DNA from: Octopus vulgaris
Lineage: Eukaryota
Assembly (NCBI GenBank): GCA_951406725.2
Contig: OX597814.1
Coordinates: 224,688,001-224,752,000, forward strand
Direction: 5' to 3'
Length of the DNA stretch: 64,000 nt
Shown here: positions 63,400 through 64,000 of the stretch, one piece after another
Numbering within the stretch: the first letter of the stretch is position 1
Layout of the letters: the number at the start of each line of letters is the position of its first letter
Position numbers and translations under genes: made by a program
Notes under the pieces: model-generated
What the model saw: the letters and a program-made list of their open reading frames with translations, nothing else
Database searches by the model: none
What the model was told of the DNA's origin: nothing

Positions 63400-64000
63400 C
63401 ATATCACGAATGTAAGTCATGAGATAAAAAACAAAGTTTACAAACCACTTAAATAAACAGCAGAAAAGGACATTGCTAGGAATTCTGAAAAAATTGCATT
63501 ATTCCTATGAAAGAGAAGGAAGCCAGGTTTATAGGAAATAGAAAACCAAGCTCTCTGTTTTTTTAATTTGCTGAGGAAATAGTCTTGGAGCATCGCATAC
63601 TTGGGTCATTCTTTGAAGAAAATAACTCTCTTGCTGCAACTTTGCAAAGGATAAGTGAAATACTGAATGAACAATTCAAAAGTGTTTTCACCTTTCCTCT
63701 GGAACTCATGCAGGTAAACAAACCAGATGAATCTTTGCCACCCCAGCTGTGTATACAGAGGCAGCAATGATCGATTACATTGACATGAAAGATGTGATAT
63801 TGGCCATAAATGAAATAAGCCTAAATTTATTTACTGTCCCTAATGCCTTCACAACAATTCTAAAACATGTAAATGAGCCCTAACAAAAGTACTGCAGTTT
63901 CTTTTGGAGCTTCCTTGCAAGTTGAAAGGAGACATGTGTCCCGTTTATAAAAGTGAAAGCAGGTCAAATGCTAAAAAGTAAAGGCTTGTCTCTCTGACCT
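63400..64000 (+). mobile_element. Decayed CR1/L2-group LINE ORF2 remnant, running off the window
   Basis: SEILNEQFKSVFT (ORF 63585..63770), then DVILAINEI and degenerate pre-RT motifs. Confidence 0.6.

Overview
AT-rich, repeat-dense animal genomic DNA. The repeat landscape suggests an octopus or other coleoid cephalopod, which is an inference and not proven. One host gene is present on the + strand: coding exons 2-10 of a WDR45B/WIPI3 (ATG18-family PROPPIN) orthologue at 23938-58937, with all GT-AG introns and consistent phases. Exon 1 was not found and probably lies upstream of the window. The remainder is mostly transposon-derived: several tRNA-headed SINE families, many (GAT)n-tailed repeats that look like RTE-LINE 3' ends, RTE and CR1/L2-type LINE remnants, three decayed Tc1/mariner elements, hAT- and piggyBac-type MITEs, non-autonomous Helitrons and microsatellites. 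Most notable observations: (1) several families of short elements carrying hammerhead-ribozyme motifs, many embedded in (TA)n tracts, including a canonical-core type I hammerhead at 60473-60508 inside a palindrome and a retrozyme-like ~355-bp monomer-plus-overlap at 61838-62301; (2) an orphan 5.8S rRNA copy joined directly to the 5' end of a SINE (29935-30482); (3) an 88-bp target-site duplication around a truncated SINE; (4) many fold-back structures that would be dsRNA in the pre-mRNA. Nearly all ORF-track entries are spurious translations of repeats. Repeat boundaries are approximate; exon boundaries were read to the base.
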